A stretch of DNA of 64,000 nucleotides from assembly GCA_964633865.1 (NCBI GenBank), contig CAZWIJ010000001.1, forward strand, positions 2,352 to 66,351, written 5' to 3'. Under the pieces are notes generated by a model. The model was not told the DNA's origin, ran no database searches, and was given only the letters and a program-made list of their open reading frames with translations. Origin of the DNA: an uncultured Candidatus Saccharibacteria bacterium. Its GTDB lineage: Bacteria > Patescibacteriota > Minisyncoccia > SW-4-49-11. A program made the position numbers and the translations under genes. Positions 31,683 to 41,636 of the stretch are shown here, in pieces; the first letter of the stretch is position 1; the number at the start of each line of letters is the position of its first letter.

Positions 31683-31706
31683 AAGGCAGATTATATAATC
31701 TGTCTT
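31683..31706 (-). terminator. Terminator hairpin, copy 1 of a repeated element
   Basis: AAGGCAGATTA-ta-TAATCTGTCTT with a U-tract on the minus strand. Confidence 0.65.
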
Positions 31707-31723
31707 GGTATTTTGATCGAGAA

Positions 31724-32914
31724 TTAGCCATCTTTAGAACTATCTAAGGCAGCTATGATTTGACTAACTATATTGAGACCATCACCACCTCCTTGGAAGA
31801 AAAATTTAGCTTTATCACCAAGTACTTCTGCTACAGCTGGGTATTTAGATAAAATATTAAATAATTCTTGTTCAGAGATTGAACCACCAGAACCAGTATT
31901 TTCTTCTAAAATAGCTTCGATAATACCTTTAGATTGTATTAGTAGAGCTTTTGCTTCACCAGTTCTTTGGACTCTTAGAGCTTTTGCTTCACCAAGTTTT
32001 TGGGTTCTTAGAGCTTTTGCTTCTCCAATTCTTTGGGTTCTTAGAGCTATTGCTTCTCCTATTTTTGATTCAATCAAGTTTTTATTCTGTTCTTTAACTA
32101 TCTCGTACTGAATTTTAGTAGCATCTAACTTAGCATTTTGCTCAGCTGATAATCTTCCTCTTTCTTCTCTTGCTTTATCTATAGATTCAGGTGGATTTAT
32201 GTCTACTATGAAAAGCTCCATCAAACATAATCCAGATTCTCTCAATTTATTCACAATTTCAGAACCAATTTGTGATCCAGGTGTTGGTACTAAGATGTTA
32301 TTAACTTTCTGTAATCCTAGTTCTTTGTAAAGCCTATCTTGTTTGATATTAGATATACCGGTAACTTCAAAGTCATCTGCTTGATAAGAAGGATTGTTTC
32401 TCAAAAACTCTGCTTGCTCATTTTTGTCTCTTTCATATATTTGTCCTTGAAAGATAGTCTTAACATAAGAATTAAGAATTAATTCTGTCTGTTGGACATA
32501 ATCTTGTTGAGCAGCAATATAGTGAGCTTTCCAATAATCTTCTAAGTTATTGGAATTATCTGAAATCTTTGCGATAGCAGTTGCTTTCAAGGTGATAATC
32601 ATATTCTGAAGTTCTACCTTTGCCATATCCTTTCCTTCTACTGATCCATCATGTCTAAATAAATAGGAATTAAAAGGAACAGAATGCATGGGTTCTATGA
32701 ACTTATGGAGAAAGTTTTTTAATAAAAACCAATGTGGTCCTGATGTTAAAAATCCTGAGCCTACAATATGTTGAGGATTAACTCCTTTTTGTGGTCTATT
32801 ACCTAGAAAAGAAATTAACCACACTTGATCATCAGGAACAATGAAAAATCCTTGTATTAATAATACTATTATAAAAATCAAGATTAATAAAAAAGATAAT
32901 AGGGAGATTCCCAT
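31724..32914 (-). CDS. SPFH/band-7 domain protein, divergent
   Basis: N-terminal TM helix, FFIVP, LTSGPHW, DINPPESI..A, GEAKA repeats; SD GAGGTGA; own promoter at 32949-32977. Confidence 0.75.
   Translation of the reverse strand: MGISLLSFLLILIFIIVLLIQGFFIVPDDQVWLISFLGNRPQKGVNPQHIVGSGFLTSGPHWFLLKNFLHKFIEPMHSVPFNSYLFRHDGSVEGKDMAKVELQNMIITLKATAIAKISDNSNNLEDYWKAHYIAAQQDYVQQTELILNSYVKTIFQGQIYERDKNEQAEFLRNNPSYQADDFEVTGISNIKQDRLYKELGLQKVNNILVPTPGSQIGSEIVNKLRESGLCLMELFIVDINPPESIDKAREERGRLSAEQNAKLDATKIQYEIVKEQNKNLIESKIGEAIALRTQRIGEAKALRTQKLGEAKALRVQRTGEAKALLIQSKGIIEAILEENTGSGGSISEQELFNILSKYPAVAEVLGDKAKFFFQGGGDGLNIVSQIIAALDSSKDG
31943..32059. repeat. 33-bp tandem repeat (about 3.5 units; 11-aa GEAKALRxQRI)
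   Basis: TAGAGCT(T/A)TTGCTTC(A/T)CC recurs at 31943, 31976, 32009 and 32042. Confidence 0.9.
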
Positions 32915-32993
32915 TTTTCACCTCATTTCAATGTACATTTACTAAGTCAGAATATCATAACTGATATATTTTGTCAATATCTTATAATAAAAA

Positions 32994-33017
32994 AAGACAG
33001 ATTAGGTAATCTGTCTT
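32994..33017 (-). terminator. Terminator hairpin, copy 2 of the repeated element
   Basis: AAGACAGATTA-gg-TAATCTGTCTT, nearly identical to 31683-31706. Confidence 0.65.
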
Positions 33018-33063
33018 GGAAATAAATAAAACTTAGTTTTAATTATTGGTTTTACTATAAGCA

Positions 33064-33297
33064 TTAATTTTTTTCAAGAGTAAGGTTTATTTTTGCTATA
33101 ATTTCCATTACATTTGCACCTCCTTTAAAATCAGGTATAATTTTATGCAAGGCTTTTTTTAGTAAAGTATATTTATTTAACTTATCAAAAATATCTTGTT
33201 CTGAGATATTTCCATAAGAATCTCTCTTTTTGATAATAGTTTTTATAAAAATATATCTTTCTAAATTAATAACTTTTCTTAATTTGTCTCTTTCCAT
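33064..33297 (-). CDS. Small hypothetical protein (77 aa; start revised from 33333)
   Basis: Perfect SD GGAGGTGA just upstream of the ATG at 33297; TTGACA-17-TATACT promoter at 33349-33377. Confidence 0.65.
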   Translation of the reverse strand: MERDKLRKVINLERYIFIKTIIKKRDSYGNISEQDIFDKLNKYTLLKKALHKIIPDFKGGANVMEIIAKINLTLEKN

Positions 33298-33444
33298 GAA
33301 ATTCACCTCCCTTTGAATCATAAAAAAGTACAATACAATTATACAGATAGTATACTTTTTCTTAGATTTTTTGTCAATTCAAAAGCTCATTTTTATAATT
33401 AAAATTATAAATTAGAATAGATGTCAAAAAAATATATTATATTA

Positions 33445-33473
33445 TTGACTAAAACTATTTAATAGATTATAAT
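33445..33473 (+). promoter_or_regulatory. Promoter of the V/A-ATPase operon
   Basis: TTGACT-17-TATAAT. Confidence 0.6.
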
Positions 33474-33504
33474 GAATCTGTATGTAATTTAAAATATTTT
33501 TAAT

Positions 33505-33789
33505 ATGAAAAAACTTATTAAGCTTATTGATTTAGAAAAATCCTATAAGAAAAGTAAAGAAGCTTTAGAAAAAGAGTATTCAGATACTAAAGAAAAACTA
33601 GAAAAAGAATATCAAGATAAAGTTTTATCCATTAATAATAAAATACAAAATAAAGAGTCTATTATTAAAGAAAAATTAAAGGATAGTATTGATAATATAG
33701 ATATAAAAAATAATAAGGAGAAGGAGATAGAATATACTTTAGATGTAGAGAAGGTTAAGAATATTATCAGACAATTTTTAAATAATTAG
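33505..33789 (+). CDS. Probable V/A-ATPase peripheral stalk subunit G/H
   Basis: Charged coiled coil in first position of the operon; called mainly by synteny. Confidence 0.55.
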   Translation: MKKLIKLIDLEKSYKKSKEALEKEYSDTKEKLEKEYQDKVLSINNKIQNKESIIKEKLKDSIDNIDIKNNKEKEIEYTLDVEKVKNIIRQFLNN

Positions 33790-33804
33790 GTATAAAATAA
33801 TTTT

Positions 33805-35853
33805 ATGAGTGTAAAATTAGCTAGTCAGTACAAAATTTCAATAAATAATGAAGACAAAATATATCTTTTGAGACACTTACAAGCAATAGAGTCTGTAGAA
33901 ATTGTTACTAATGATAATCCAGAGAGTTTAGGAGAAGAAGAACTTTCATTAAAAAATGAACTGTTGGATAAATTAGATAGAATTGATAAATCTATTGATA
34001 TATTCCTTAAAATTAATCCTATTAAAAAAAATATTTTATCTGGATTACTTGACTTTAGAGTAAAAATTAAAGAAGAAGAGTTCAAAAAAATTTCTTCGAA
34101 TCAAGATGATATAATCTCAGAAGTAGACTATATTAATAAAATATCAGAAGAAAAAGAAGATTTATATCTTAGAAATAGAATTTTAAAAGATATTATAAAA
34201 AAGGTAGAACCTTTGAAAAATATAGAATTAGATATCTTTGATGATTTTAAGTATATTGATTTTATACCTTTTATGATTGGAGCTAATAGATCTCATTATG
34301 TGCTAGATCAAATTGAGAATCTATTCCCTAATACTATTTTTGAATCTATCAAAAAAATAGATAAAGAATATGTATATTTGATTGCTTTCCAAAAAAATGA
34401 TTATAAAGAAATTTATGAATTCATATCTAGTCAAGCAACAGTCTTTAACTTTAGATTAAATAATCTAGGGAATTCTTTTTATGAGATTTATAATAGAGCT
34501 TCTGATGAAATAAAGTTAAATCAAGATAAAATAGAATCTATTTCCAAAGATTTAAGTAAAACTAAAATTAATTTAGAACAACTTTATACTATAAAAGATA
34601 TTTTGAAGTCACAAATTAATATTATAGATGAATTACATAATTTCAATTCTATTAATAATGAAATGTCTTATATAAGGGTTTGGGTATCTGAAGAAAATAT
34701 TCATAAAATTTCTGTTAAGATTAAGAGATTGTTCAAAAACTATACCTTTATTGAATCTTCAACTATAAAAGGAGATGCTCCTGTAATTATGACAAATAAT
34801 AAGCTTGTCTCTAATTTTGAATCAATAACTAAAATTATGGGTATGCCTAAAGGTGGTTCTATTGATCCCACTTTCTTTGTAGCATTTTTCTTTACCTTTA
34901 TGTTTGGGTTAGCTTTATCTGAGGCTGGATATGCTGTGGTCTTAATTTTGATCGTTGGATTTTTATTAACCCTCAAAAATCTAAAAGAATCTATCAGGGC
35001 ATTTATGTTAGTTATATTATTCTCTTCTATTACTACTTTGATAGTTGGAGCTATGTTTGGTAGTTGGTTTGGAGTAGTTCCTGATGATGTTATTATTTAT
35101 GAAGATGCATTACCTCATATGAAGTTTTTGATAGATATTGGATTAATTGGTGTATTGCAAAAATTACAAGTATTGAATCCTATGAGTACTGTGGTTTCAT
35201 TAATGGTATTTACTGTAGTAATTGGTTTAATTCACTTGTTACTAGGACTCATTTTGGGGTTTGTCCGAGAATATTCTAGAGGGAATGCTCTTAATGGTGC
35301 ATTAGATTCATTGTCGTGGTTTTTCTTAATTATACTTGGATTATTTACTACTCTTGCTAGGCAAAATTTACTAGGGGAAGGATTATATTATTTATCATCA
35401 ATAATGATTTTGATATTGATTGGATATAGTGTAATTATGATATTTGTTTTGGGTCGTGATGCAGGTAAAAATATTTTTCTTAAATTTGGAAAAGGTTTAT
35501 ACGATATGTTCTTTGGTATTATAGGTTATCTTTCCGATACTTTATCTTATACTAGGTTGATTGCTCTTGGTTTGGCTACAGGTATTATTGCTGGAGTTGT
35601 GGGTACTTTAGCTAGATTAGCTGGAGAGGGATTAGTAGATAAAGGTGGAGTTTATATTATTATAGGTTATATAATTATGACTGTGATATTCATATTTGGG
35701 CATATCTTTAATATTGCTCTTAATGTTTTGGGTACCTATATTAATGTAGGAAGACTTCACTTTGTAGAATTTTTTAGTAAGTTTTTTGAATCTGGAGGAA
35801 GAGAAATATCTTATCTAAAAAGATCTCAGGAATTTATTAAGATAGAAAAGTAG
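33805..35853 (+). CDS. ntpI: V/A-type ATPase subunit I (a)
   Basis: IDPT..FF..MFG, SDTLSYTRLIALGLA, RLHFVEFFSKFF. Confidence 0.92.
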   Translation: MSVKLASQYKISINNEDKIYLLRHLQAIESVEIVTNDNPESLGEEELSLKNELLDKLDRIDKSIDIFLKINPIKKNILSGLLDFRVKIKEEEFKKISSNQDDIISEVDYINKISEEKEDLYLRNRILKDIIKKVEPLKNIELDIFDDFKYIDFIPFMIGANRSHYVLDQIENLFPNTIFESIKKIDKEYVYLIAFQKNDYKEIYEFISSQATVFNFRLNNLGNSFYEIYNRASDEIKLNQDKIESISKDLSKTKINLEQLYTIKDILKSQINIIDELHNFNSINNEMSYIRVWVSEENIHKISVKIKRLFKNYTFIESSTIKGDAPVIMTNNKLVSNFESITKIMGMPKGGSIDPTFFVAFFFTFMFGLALSEAGYAVVLILIVGFLLTLKNLKESIRAFMLVILFSSITTLIVGAMFGSWFGVVPDDVIIYEDALPHMKFLIDIGLIGVLQKLQVLNPMSTVVSLMVFTVVIGLIHLLLGLILGFVREYSRGNALNGALDSLSWFFLIILGLFTTLARQNLLGEGLYYLSSIMILILIGYSVIMIFVLGRDAGKNIFLKFGKGLYDMFFGIIGYLSDTLSYTRLIALGLATGIIAGVVGTLARLAGEGLVDKGGVYIIIGYIIMTVIFIFGHIFNIALNVLGTYINVGRLHFVEFFSKFFESGGREISYLKRSQEFIKIEK

Positions 35854-35854
35854 A

Positions 35855-35934
35855 CTAAATATAATTTATGTTTTCTTTTCCAATGATATTTAGGTTGATA
35901 TTATTGGAAAGGAAACCAAAATAAATTTGTTTGG
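35855..35934 (+). promoter_or_regulatory. Structured intercistronic RNA element upstream of subunit K
   Basis: 19-bp stem (35872-35890/35897-35915, 3 G-U pairs) plus CCAA-N11-TTGG. Confidence 0.6.
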
Positions 35935-35976
35935 ATTGCCTTATATAAAAATTTATTAGCTTATCAAAATATTAAT

Positions 35977-36453
35977 ATGGAATTATTAGGAATTAGTTTA
36001 GCAGTTTTAGGTGCAGCTTTATCTGCTGGTCTTGCTGGAGCTGGATCAGCTATGGGAGTTGCTAAATCAGCTGAAACTGGCGCAGGTCTAGTCTCAGAAG
36101 ATGAATCGCAATTTGGTAATGTTCTTTTGTTATCTGCATTACCTGGATCCCAAGCTATTTATGGTCTTTTAGCATCTATTATAATCTTACAAAATACTGG
36201 AGTTTTAACAGGTGAATTTGTAAATCTTCCTTGGCAGAATGGTTTATTATTAGCTTTTGCTGGAATACCTGTTGGGGTAACTTGTTTGTTATCTGGTAAA
36301 TACCAGGGAAATGTTATTGCTAGTGGGATGCAAGTTATCGCTAAAGATAAGAGTAAAATTGGACAAGTGATTATTTTAGCTGCTTTGGTAGAAACTTTCG
36401 CGGTCTTTGGATTATTGGTTTCTATTTTGATGATAAATGGAGTAAAAATCTAA
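35977..36453 (+). CDS. ntpK: V/A-type ATPase subunit K (c), 4-TM form, Na+-type signature
   Basis: LPGSQAIYG, YQG, LVETFAVFG. Confidence 0.92.
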   Translation: MELLGISLAVLGAALSAGLAGAGSAMGVAKSAETGAGLVSEDESQFGNVLLLSALPGSQAIYGLLASIIILQNTGVLTGEFVNLPWQNGLLLAFAGIPVGVTCLLSGKYQGNVIASGMQVIAKDKSKIGQVIILAALVETFAVFGLLVSILMINGVKI

Positions 36454-36466
36454 TATATAAATTTAT

Positions 36467-37006
36467 ATGTCTATTCAAAATATAGTTAAAGCAAAGATTG
36501 AAAAAGATTTAGAAGAGTTAGAATTGTATTATCAAAAAGAGTTGAAGTTAATTTCTGAGAATTTTGAGCTTAAGACTAAAAACTTAGAAAGAAAATATAA
36601 TAGTGAAATTTCTAATGTGATTGATTCTGAGTTAAATATGCATAAGTTTTTGAATAAAAGAGATTCAAAATTTAAAAATGAATCAAATTTTAATAAATCT
36701 CTAGATAAGATTTATTCTGATATGATAATTGAAATAATTGAAAGTAAGTTTGGTAAGAATATTTTGAATAAATTTGTAAAAGATTTGGATAAAAATAGTG
36801 AGTTTATAGTTAAGGGTAAATTATCTGACAAATTAATTTCTGAATTAAAAGCTTTAGGTTACTCTAATTTCGAAAAACACCAAGATGAATCTATTCTTGG
36901 TATAGTTTTGTATCAAGAAGAAGATAGATATCTAGAATTTGATTTAGAAGATATTATAGAGAATGTAAAGAAGTTAACTTTAAATAAAGTTATTGAATCA
37001 TTATAA
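36467..37006 (+). CDS. Probable V/A-ATPase subunit E (divergent)
   Basis: Coiled-coil N-terminus, size and position after K. Confidence 0.65.
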   Translation: MSIQNIVKAKIEKDLEELELYYQKELKLISENFELKTKNLERKYNSEISNVIDSELNMHKFLNKRDSKFKNESNFNKSLDKIYSDMIIEIIESKFGKNILNKFVKDLDKNSEFIVKGKLSDKLISELKALGYSNFEKHQDESILGIVLYQEEDRYLEFDLEDIIENVKKLTLNKVIESL

Positions 37007-37008
37007 TT

Positions 37009-37941
37009 ATGGCTATGCAAATACCAATAGCTAGCCTATCAGCTAGCTTGATAGTAAAATTTCACAAGATACCAAAGTATCAGGAGCTACTTACAATTAT
37101 TTCTGAGAGTAGTTTTTTTGATGATATTGATTCTTTTTTGAAGAAATATCTAGTAATTGATAATACTCAAAATTTAAATCTTTCTTATTTTAATGAATAT
37201 TATGAAAAAGAAATAAATTATATCATTAATAGATTGCCAGATGAAAGTTTCTCTAAGATGTATTTAGTGTTACAAAAAGATTATGAGACATTAAAAGGTA
37301 TTGTATTATTTTTAAAACAAAATAATCAGGAATTTGGTAAAGATAATTTTGTAAAGGTGATGTCTGAGATTTCAGATAAATTAGTTTATAATCAAGATTT
37401 TAAGAAATATTTATCTAAAAAAGAATATGCTATAGAAAGATCAGTAGAGGTATATGGTTTAATCGCTTATTTAGAAGAAATTTATCTTACAATTTTGTCA
37501 GAGAAATTTAAAGATGCTCCTAAATTTTTTCAAAATTATCTGGAAGCAAAAATAAATACATATTATTTTATGTCAGCGATAAAGAGGACAGAACTTGGTC
37601 AATCTAAAGATCATATCCTAAATCATATTATTTCGATTCCTGGAGTTTTCTCTGTTTTAGAAAAGATGACATTTGGAGATATTGTGGGTGAGATTGGAGA
37701 ATATCTAAGATTGCCTATAGAGCAAATAAATGTAATTAATATTGAAAAAACTTTACTTATGAATGAAGTTAAAGCTATTAATCAAGCTAATTATCTTGGT
37801 CTTCATGATGAGAAAATTTTGCAATATATAGTTACTCTCAAATACTTTGGTAATAATATTAAATTAGCTTATCTCAAAAAAAGCATTAAACTACACGATA
37901 CTGAATTATTTGCTCGTATGATAGATTATAATTTTATATAA
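37009..37941 (+). CDS. Probable V/A-ATPase subunit C (d), divergent
   Basis: All-helical, about 310 aa, positioned between E and F. Confidence 0.6.
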   Translation: MAMQIPIASLSASLIVKFHKIPKYQELLTIISESSFFDDIDSFLKKYLVIDNTQNLNLSYFNEYYEKEINYIINRLPDESFSKMYLVLQKDYETLKGIVLFLKQNNQEFGKDNFVKVMSEISDKLVYNQDFKKYLSKKEYAIERSVEVYGLIAYLEEIYLTILSEKFKDAPKFFQNYLEAKINTYYFMSAIKRTELGQSKDHILNHIISIPGVFSVLEKMTFGDIVGEIGEYLRLPIEQINVINIEKTLLMNEVKAINQANYLGLHDEKILQYIVTLKYFGNNIKLAYLKKSIKLHDTELFARMIDYNFI

Positions 37942-37945
37942 ATAT

Positions 37946-38266
37946 ATGAATTCAAAAAAGTCGATATTTATAGGAAAAAAAGAAACAGTGACCTTGTTTA
38001 GAATTTTTGGTTTTGAGACAATTTCTTTAGATGAATTTGATGAGAAAGAAATCTTTGATAAGATAATTTCTGATAAAGATAATATAGGTTTAATTTTAAG
38101 AACAAATCAATTGGTTTTTTCTAATAAACAAAATGAAACTATTTTTGAACTTAATATTCCAATTATTGAAATTCCTATTGCTGAAGGTGAATCAGAATTA
38201 CAAATTAATGATTTACAGAATTTAATAGAAAAAGCTGTCGGAATGAAATTAGACTTTTTGAAGTAA
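37946..38266 (+). CDS. V/A-ATPase subunit F
   Basis: IG..ETVTLFRIFG, PIIEIP, IEKAVG. Confidence 0.85.
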   Translation: MNSKKSIFIGKKETVTLFRIFGFETISLDEFDEKEIFDKIISDKDNIGLILRTNQLVFSNKQNETIFELNIPIIEIPIAEGESELQINDLQNLIEKAVGMKLDFLK

Positions 38267-38269
38267 AGA

Positions 38270-38352
38270 TTTTGTTTTTGGATATATATTTATAATTCTT
38301 ATTGTAGGTATATATTCGAGAATAAAATTCTCGCCAAGTTTGTTTAGCTTGG
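38270..38352 (+). promoter_or_regulatory. Structured intercistronic RNA element upstream of subunit A
   Basis: 26-bp stem (38270-38295/38302-38327) with 7 G-U pairs and no mismatch, plus a CCAAGTT-tgttt-AGCTTGG hairpin. Confidence 0.65.
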
Positions 38353-38394
38353 AATCAAATTAGTTTTATAGGTTGTATTAAAATAAATTGTTAT

Positions 38395-40209
38395 ATGATT
38401 ACAGGATTTATTATTAAAGTATCAGGTCCACTGATTGTGGCTGATCAGATGAAAGGAGCTAAGATGTATGATGTTGTACATGTTGGTCCCCAAAAATTGA
38501 TGGGGGAGATTATTGAAGTAAAACAAAATACTGTTTCCATCCAAGTCTATGAAGAAACAACAGGTTTGATGGTTGGTGATCCTGTTATTTCTACTGGAGA
38601 ACCTTTATCTATAGAATTAGGGCCTGGTCTTTTGACTACTGGTTTGTTCGATGGAATCTTGAGACCTCTTAATTTGATAGCTCGTGAAGTAGAAAAACAA
38701 GGATTTAATTCAGGATATATTAGAAGAGGTATCCAAATTTCATCTCTTGATCGTAATAAAAAATGGGCCTTCAAAGCTATTCTAAAAGAGGGTGATTTTG
38801 TGGTAGCAGGAGATATTTTAGGAACTGTACAGGAAACTGATTTAATACAACATAAAATTTTGGTTCCATTTGGGATAGAAGGTGAATTATCTATGATAAA
38901 AGATGGGGAATTCACTATTTTAGATACAATAGCTAAAGTTGGTGATAGAGAAATAAAAATGATGCACAAATGGCCAGTAAGAAAAGAAAGACCTAAAGTA
39001 AAAAAACATTTACCAACTGTCCCTTTAATTACACAACAAAGAATTATTGATACTTTTTTTCCTATCCCAAAAGGTGGTGCGGCCGCTGTTCCTGGACCTT
39101 TCGGTGCTGGTAAGACGGTTATCCAACAACAATTAGCTAAATGGTCTGATGCGGATATTGTGATTTATGTTGGTTGTGGTGAGCGAGGAAATGAATTGAC
39201 AGATATTTTGGTTGAATTCCCTCATTTGAAAGATCCAAAATCAGGGAAACCTTTAATGGATAGAACTATTGTGATTGCGAATACTTCCAATATGCCTATC
39301 GCTGCCAGGGAAGCATCTGTTTATACTGGAATAACTTTGGCTGAATACTATAGAGATATGGGATATAATGTGGCTATGATGGCTGATTCCACATCTAGAT
39401 GGGCTGAGGCTATGAGAGAAATGTCAGGTAGATTAGAAGAAATGCCAGGAGAAGAAGGTTATCCAGCTTATCTTGGATCAAGAATTTCATCTTTTTATGA
39501 AAGAGCTGGTTTGGTAACATGTCTTGGAAAGGATCAAAGAATGGGATCAGCAACTATAGTAGCTGCTGTATCCCCAGCTGGAGGAGATATGTCAGAACCA
39601 GTTAGTCAAGCAACCTTGAAAGTGACAAAAGCTTTTTGGGGATTGGATGCTGGCCTCGCTGCAAAAAAACATTTCCCATCTATCAATTGGCTTAATAGTT
39701 ATAGTTTATATGTAAATTCTGTTGAAGATTATTTTATAAAAGAAGCTGGAGCAGATTGGGGAGAACTTAGAGATTTAGCTATGTCAATTCTACAAAGAGA
39801 GAATGAATTAGACGATATTATCAAGTTAGTAGGAATGGAAGCACTTTCATTACAAGAAAAAATTCTTTTGGATACTGCTAAAACTTTGAGAGAAGATTAT
39901 TTGCAACAAAATGCTTTTGATGATGTAGATGCTTTTTCCTCAACTCAAAAAATGTATTTGATGTTAAAATGTATTTTGACTTTCCATCAAGAAGCTATTA
40001 ATTTGGTTAACAAAAATAAGGATGTAGAAATAAATGATATTATTGATTTAGAGTTGAAGAATGATATTTCTCGTTTAAAACAGATAAAAGAATCTGATTT
40101 AGATCAAATGGAAAATATTTTATCTAGAATTACAGAGGAATTACCTTTAGTTAAAAATGATGGAGATAATCAAGAATTTGGTTTAAATAAAGTTGTAAGT
40201 GGAATATAA
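38395..40209 (+). CDS. ntpA: V/A-type ATPase subunit A
   Basis: GPFGAGKT, GCGERGNE, DSTSRWAEA, GEEGYPAYL. Confidence 0.96.
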   Translation: MITGFIIKVSGPLIVADQMKGAKMYDVVHVGPQKLMGEIIEVKQNTVSIQVYEETTGLMVGDPVISTGEPLSIELGPGLLTTGLFDGILRPLNLIAREVEKQGFNSGYIRRGIQISSLDRNKKWAFKAILKEGDFVVAGDILGTVQETDLIQHKILVPFGIEGELSMIKDGEFTILDTIAKVGDREIKMMHKWPVRKERPKVKKHLPTVPLITQQRIIDTFFPIPKGGAAAVPGPFGAGKTVIQQQLAKWSDADIVIYVGCGERGNELTDILVEFPHLKDPKSGKPLMDRTIVIANTSNMPIAAREASVYTGITLAEYYRDMGYNVAMMADSTSRWAEAMREMSGRLEEMPGEEGYPAYLGSRISSFYERAGLVTCLGKDQRMGSATIVAAVSPAGGDMSEPVSQATLKVTKAFWGLDAGLAAKKHFPSINWLNSYSLYVNSVEDYFIKEAGADWGELRDLAMSILQRENELDDIIKLVGMEALSLQEKILLDTAKTLREDYLQQNAFDDVDAFSSTQKMYLMLKCILTFHQEAINLVNKNKDVEINDIIDLELKNDISRLKQIKESDLDQMENILSRITEELPLVKNDGDNQEFGLNKVVSGI

Positions 40210-40232
40210 TTTAGTAATTAATTTATTTTTAT

Positions 40233-41627
40233 ATGAAAATATGGAATCAAACAATTAAAGAGATAGCAGGTTCTCTTGTAATTGTAGAAAAAGTTAAAAA
40301 TGTTGCTTTTGAAGAGATTGTAGAGATAAAAGATAGTGAAGGTAATATTCGTAGAGGAAAGGTTTTAGAGGTAGATAGAGATATTGCTGTTGTCCAATTA
40401 TTCACAAGTACACAAGGTTTGGAAAATAAAGATGCTCAGGTAGCATTTTTGGGTGAAACACTAAAATTCGGAGTAAGTGAAAAAATGTTAGGAAGAATAT
40501 TTACAGGTTCAGGTGAAGTCAAAGATGGAGGACCTAAGATTTTAGCTAATGAATATTTAGATATTAATGGATTTCCGATTAATCCAGGTATGAGAGCTTT
40601 TCCTAGTCAATTTATTCAAACTGGAATTTCTACAATTGATGGCTTAAACTCTTTGGTTAGAGGTCAAAAGTTACCTATTTTTTCTGGATCAGGATTACCT
40701 CACAGCGAATTAGCAGCTCAAATTGCAAAACAGGCAAGAGTTGTAAAAGTAGAGAATGGAGAAAAAGTTGTAGAGTCAGATGAAAAATTTGCAGTTATTT
40801 TCGCTGCTATGGGTGTCACATTTGAAGAAGCAGAATTTTTTATCAGTTCTCTTGAATCAACTGGAGCTATGGAAAGAGCAGCTGTATTCCTTAATCTAGC
40901 TAATGATCCAATTGTGGAAAGAATAACTTTACCAAGATTAGCCTTGACTTTAGGAGAATACTTAGCTTTTGAGAAAGATATGCATGTTTTGGTAGTTATG
41001 ACAGATATGACAAATTATGCGGATGCACTAAGAGAAATATCAGCTTCCAGAAAAGAAATTCCTGGTAGAAGAGGATATCCTGGTTATATGTATACAGATC
41101 TTGCAACTTTATACGAAAGAGCAGGATTAATTCAAGGAAGAAAAGGCTCTCTTACCCAAATCCCTATTTTGACAATGCCAGATGATGATAAACAACATCC
41201 AATCCCTGACCTTACAGGATATATTACAGAAGGTCAGATTATGGTAGATAGAAAATTACATAATCAAGGTATTTATCCCCCAATCCAACCGATAGGATCC
41301 CTATCTAGAATAAAAGTAGATAAAAAAGAAACAAGAGAAGATCTGTCAGCAGTTCAAGATCAAATGTCATCCTCATATGCAAAAGGTATGGAGATAAAAG
41401 AACTTGCTTTGATTTTGGGTGAATCTGCTCTTTCTGATACAGATAAAGCTTATATGAAATTTGCTGATGAATTTGAAAAGAAATATATTAATCAAGCTAA
41501 ATCAGAAAATAGAAGTATAATAGAAACTCTAGATATTTCTTGGGAATTGTTATCTATCTTACCAAAGAAAGAATTAAAGAAAATCAAGCCTGAATTTATA
41601 GATAAATATTCTAAAAATCTAGCTTAA
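40233..41627 (+). CDS. ntpB: V/A-type ATPase subunit B
   Basis: [37 protein letters not shown]. Confidence 0.96.
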   Translation: MKIWNQTIKEIAGSLVIVEKVKNVAFEEIVEIKDSEGNIRRGKVLEVDRDIAVVQLFTSTQGLENKDAQVAFLGETLKFGVSEKMLGRIFTGSGEVKDGGPKILANEYLDINGFPINPGMRAFPSQFIQTGISTIDGLNSLVRGQKLPIFSGSGLPHSELAAQIAKQARVVKVENGEKVVESDEKFAVIFAAMGVTFEEAEFFISSLESTGAMERAAVFLNLANDPIVERITLPRLALTLGEYLAFEKDMHVLVVMTDMTNYADALREISASRKEIPGRRGYPGYMYTDLATLYERAGLIQGRKGSLTQIPILTMPDDDKQHPIPDLTGYITEGQIMVDRKLHNQGIYPPIQPIGSLSRIKVDKKETREDLSAVQDQMSSSYAKGMEIKELALILGESALSDTDKAYMKFADEFEKKYINQAKSENRSIIETLDISWELLSILPKKELKKIKPEFIDKYSKNLA

Positions 41628-41636
41628 ATTAAATTT

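Noticed and set aside
31943-32059. 33-bp periodic repeat as a possible CRISPR array
   Set aside because: It is an in-frame coding repeat with no unique spacers, and no cas genes are present.
31683-33017. Repeated hairpins as integron attC sites
   Set aside because: They are too short, lack RYYYAAC/GTTRRRY boxes and extrahelical bases, and no integrase is present. They are reported as a terminator-promoter junction instead.
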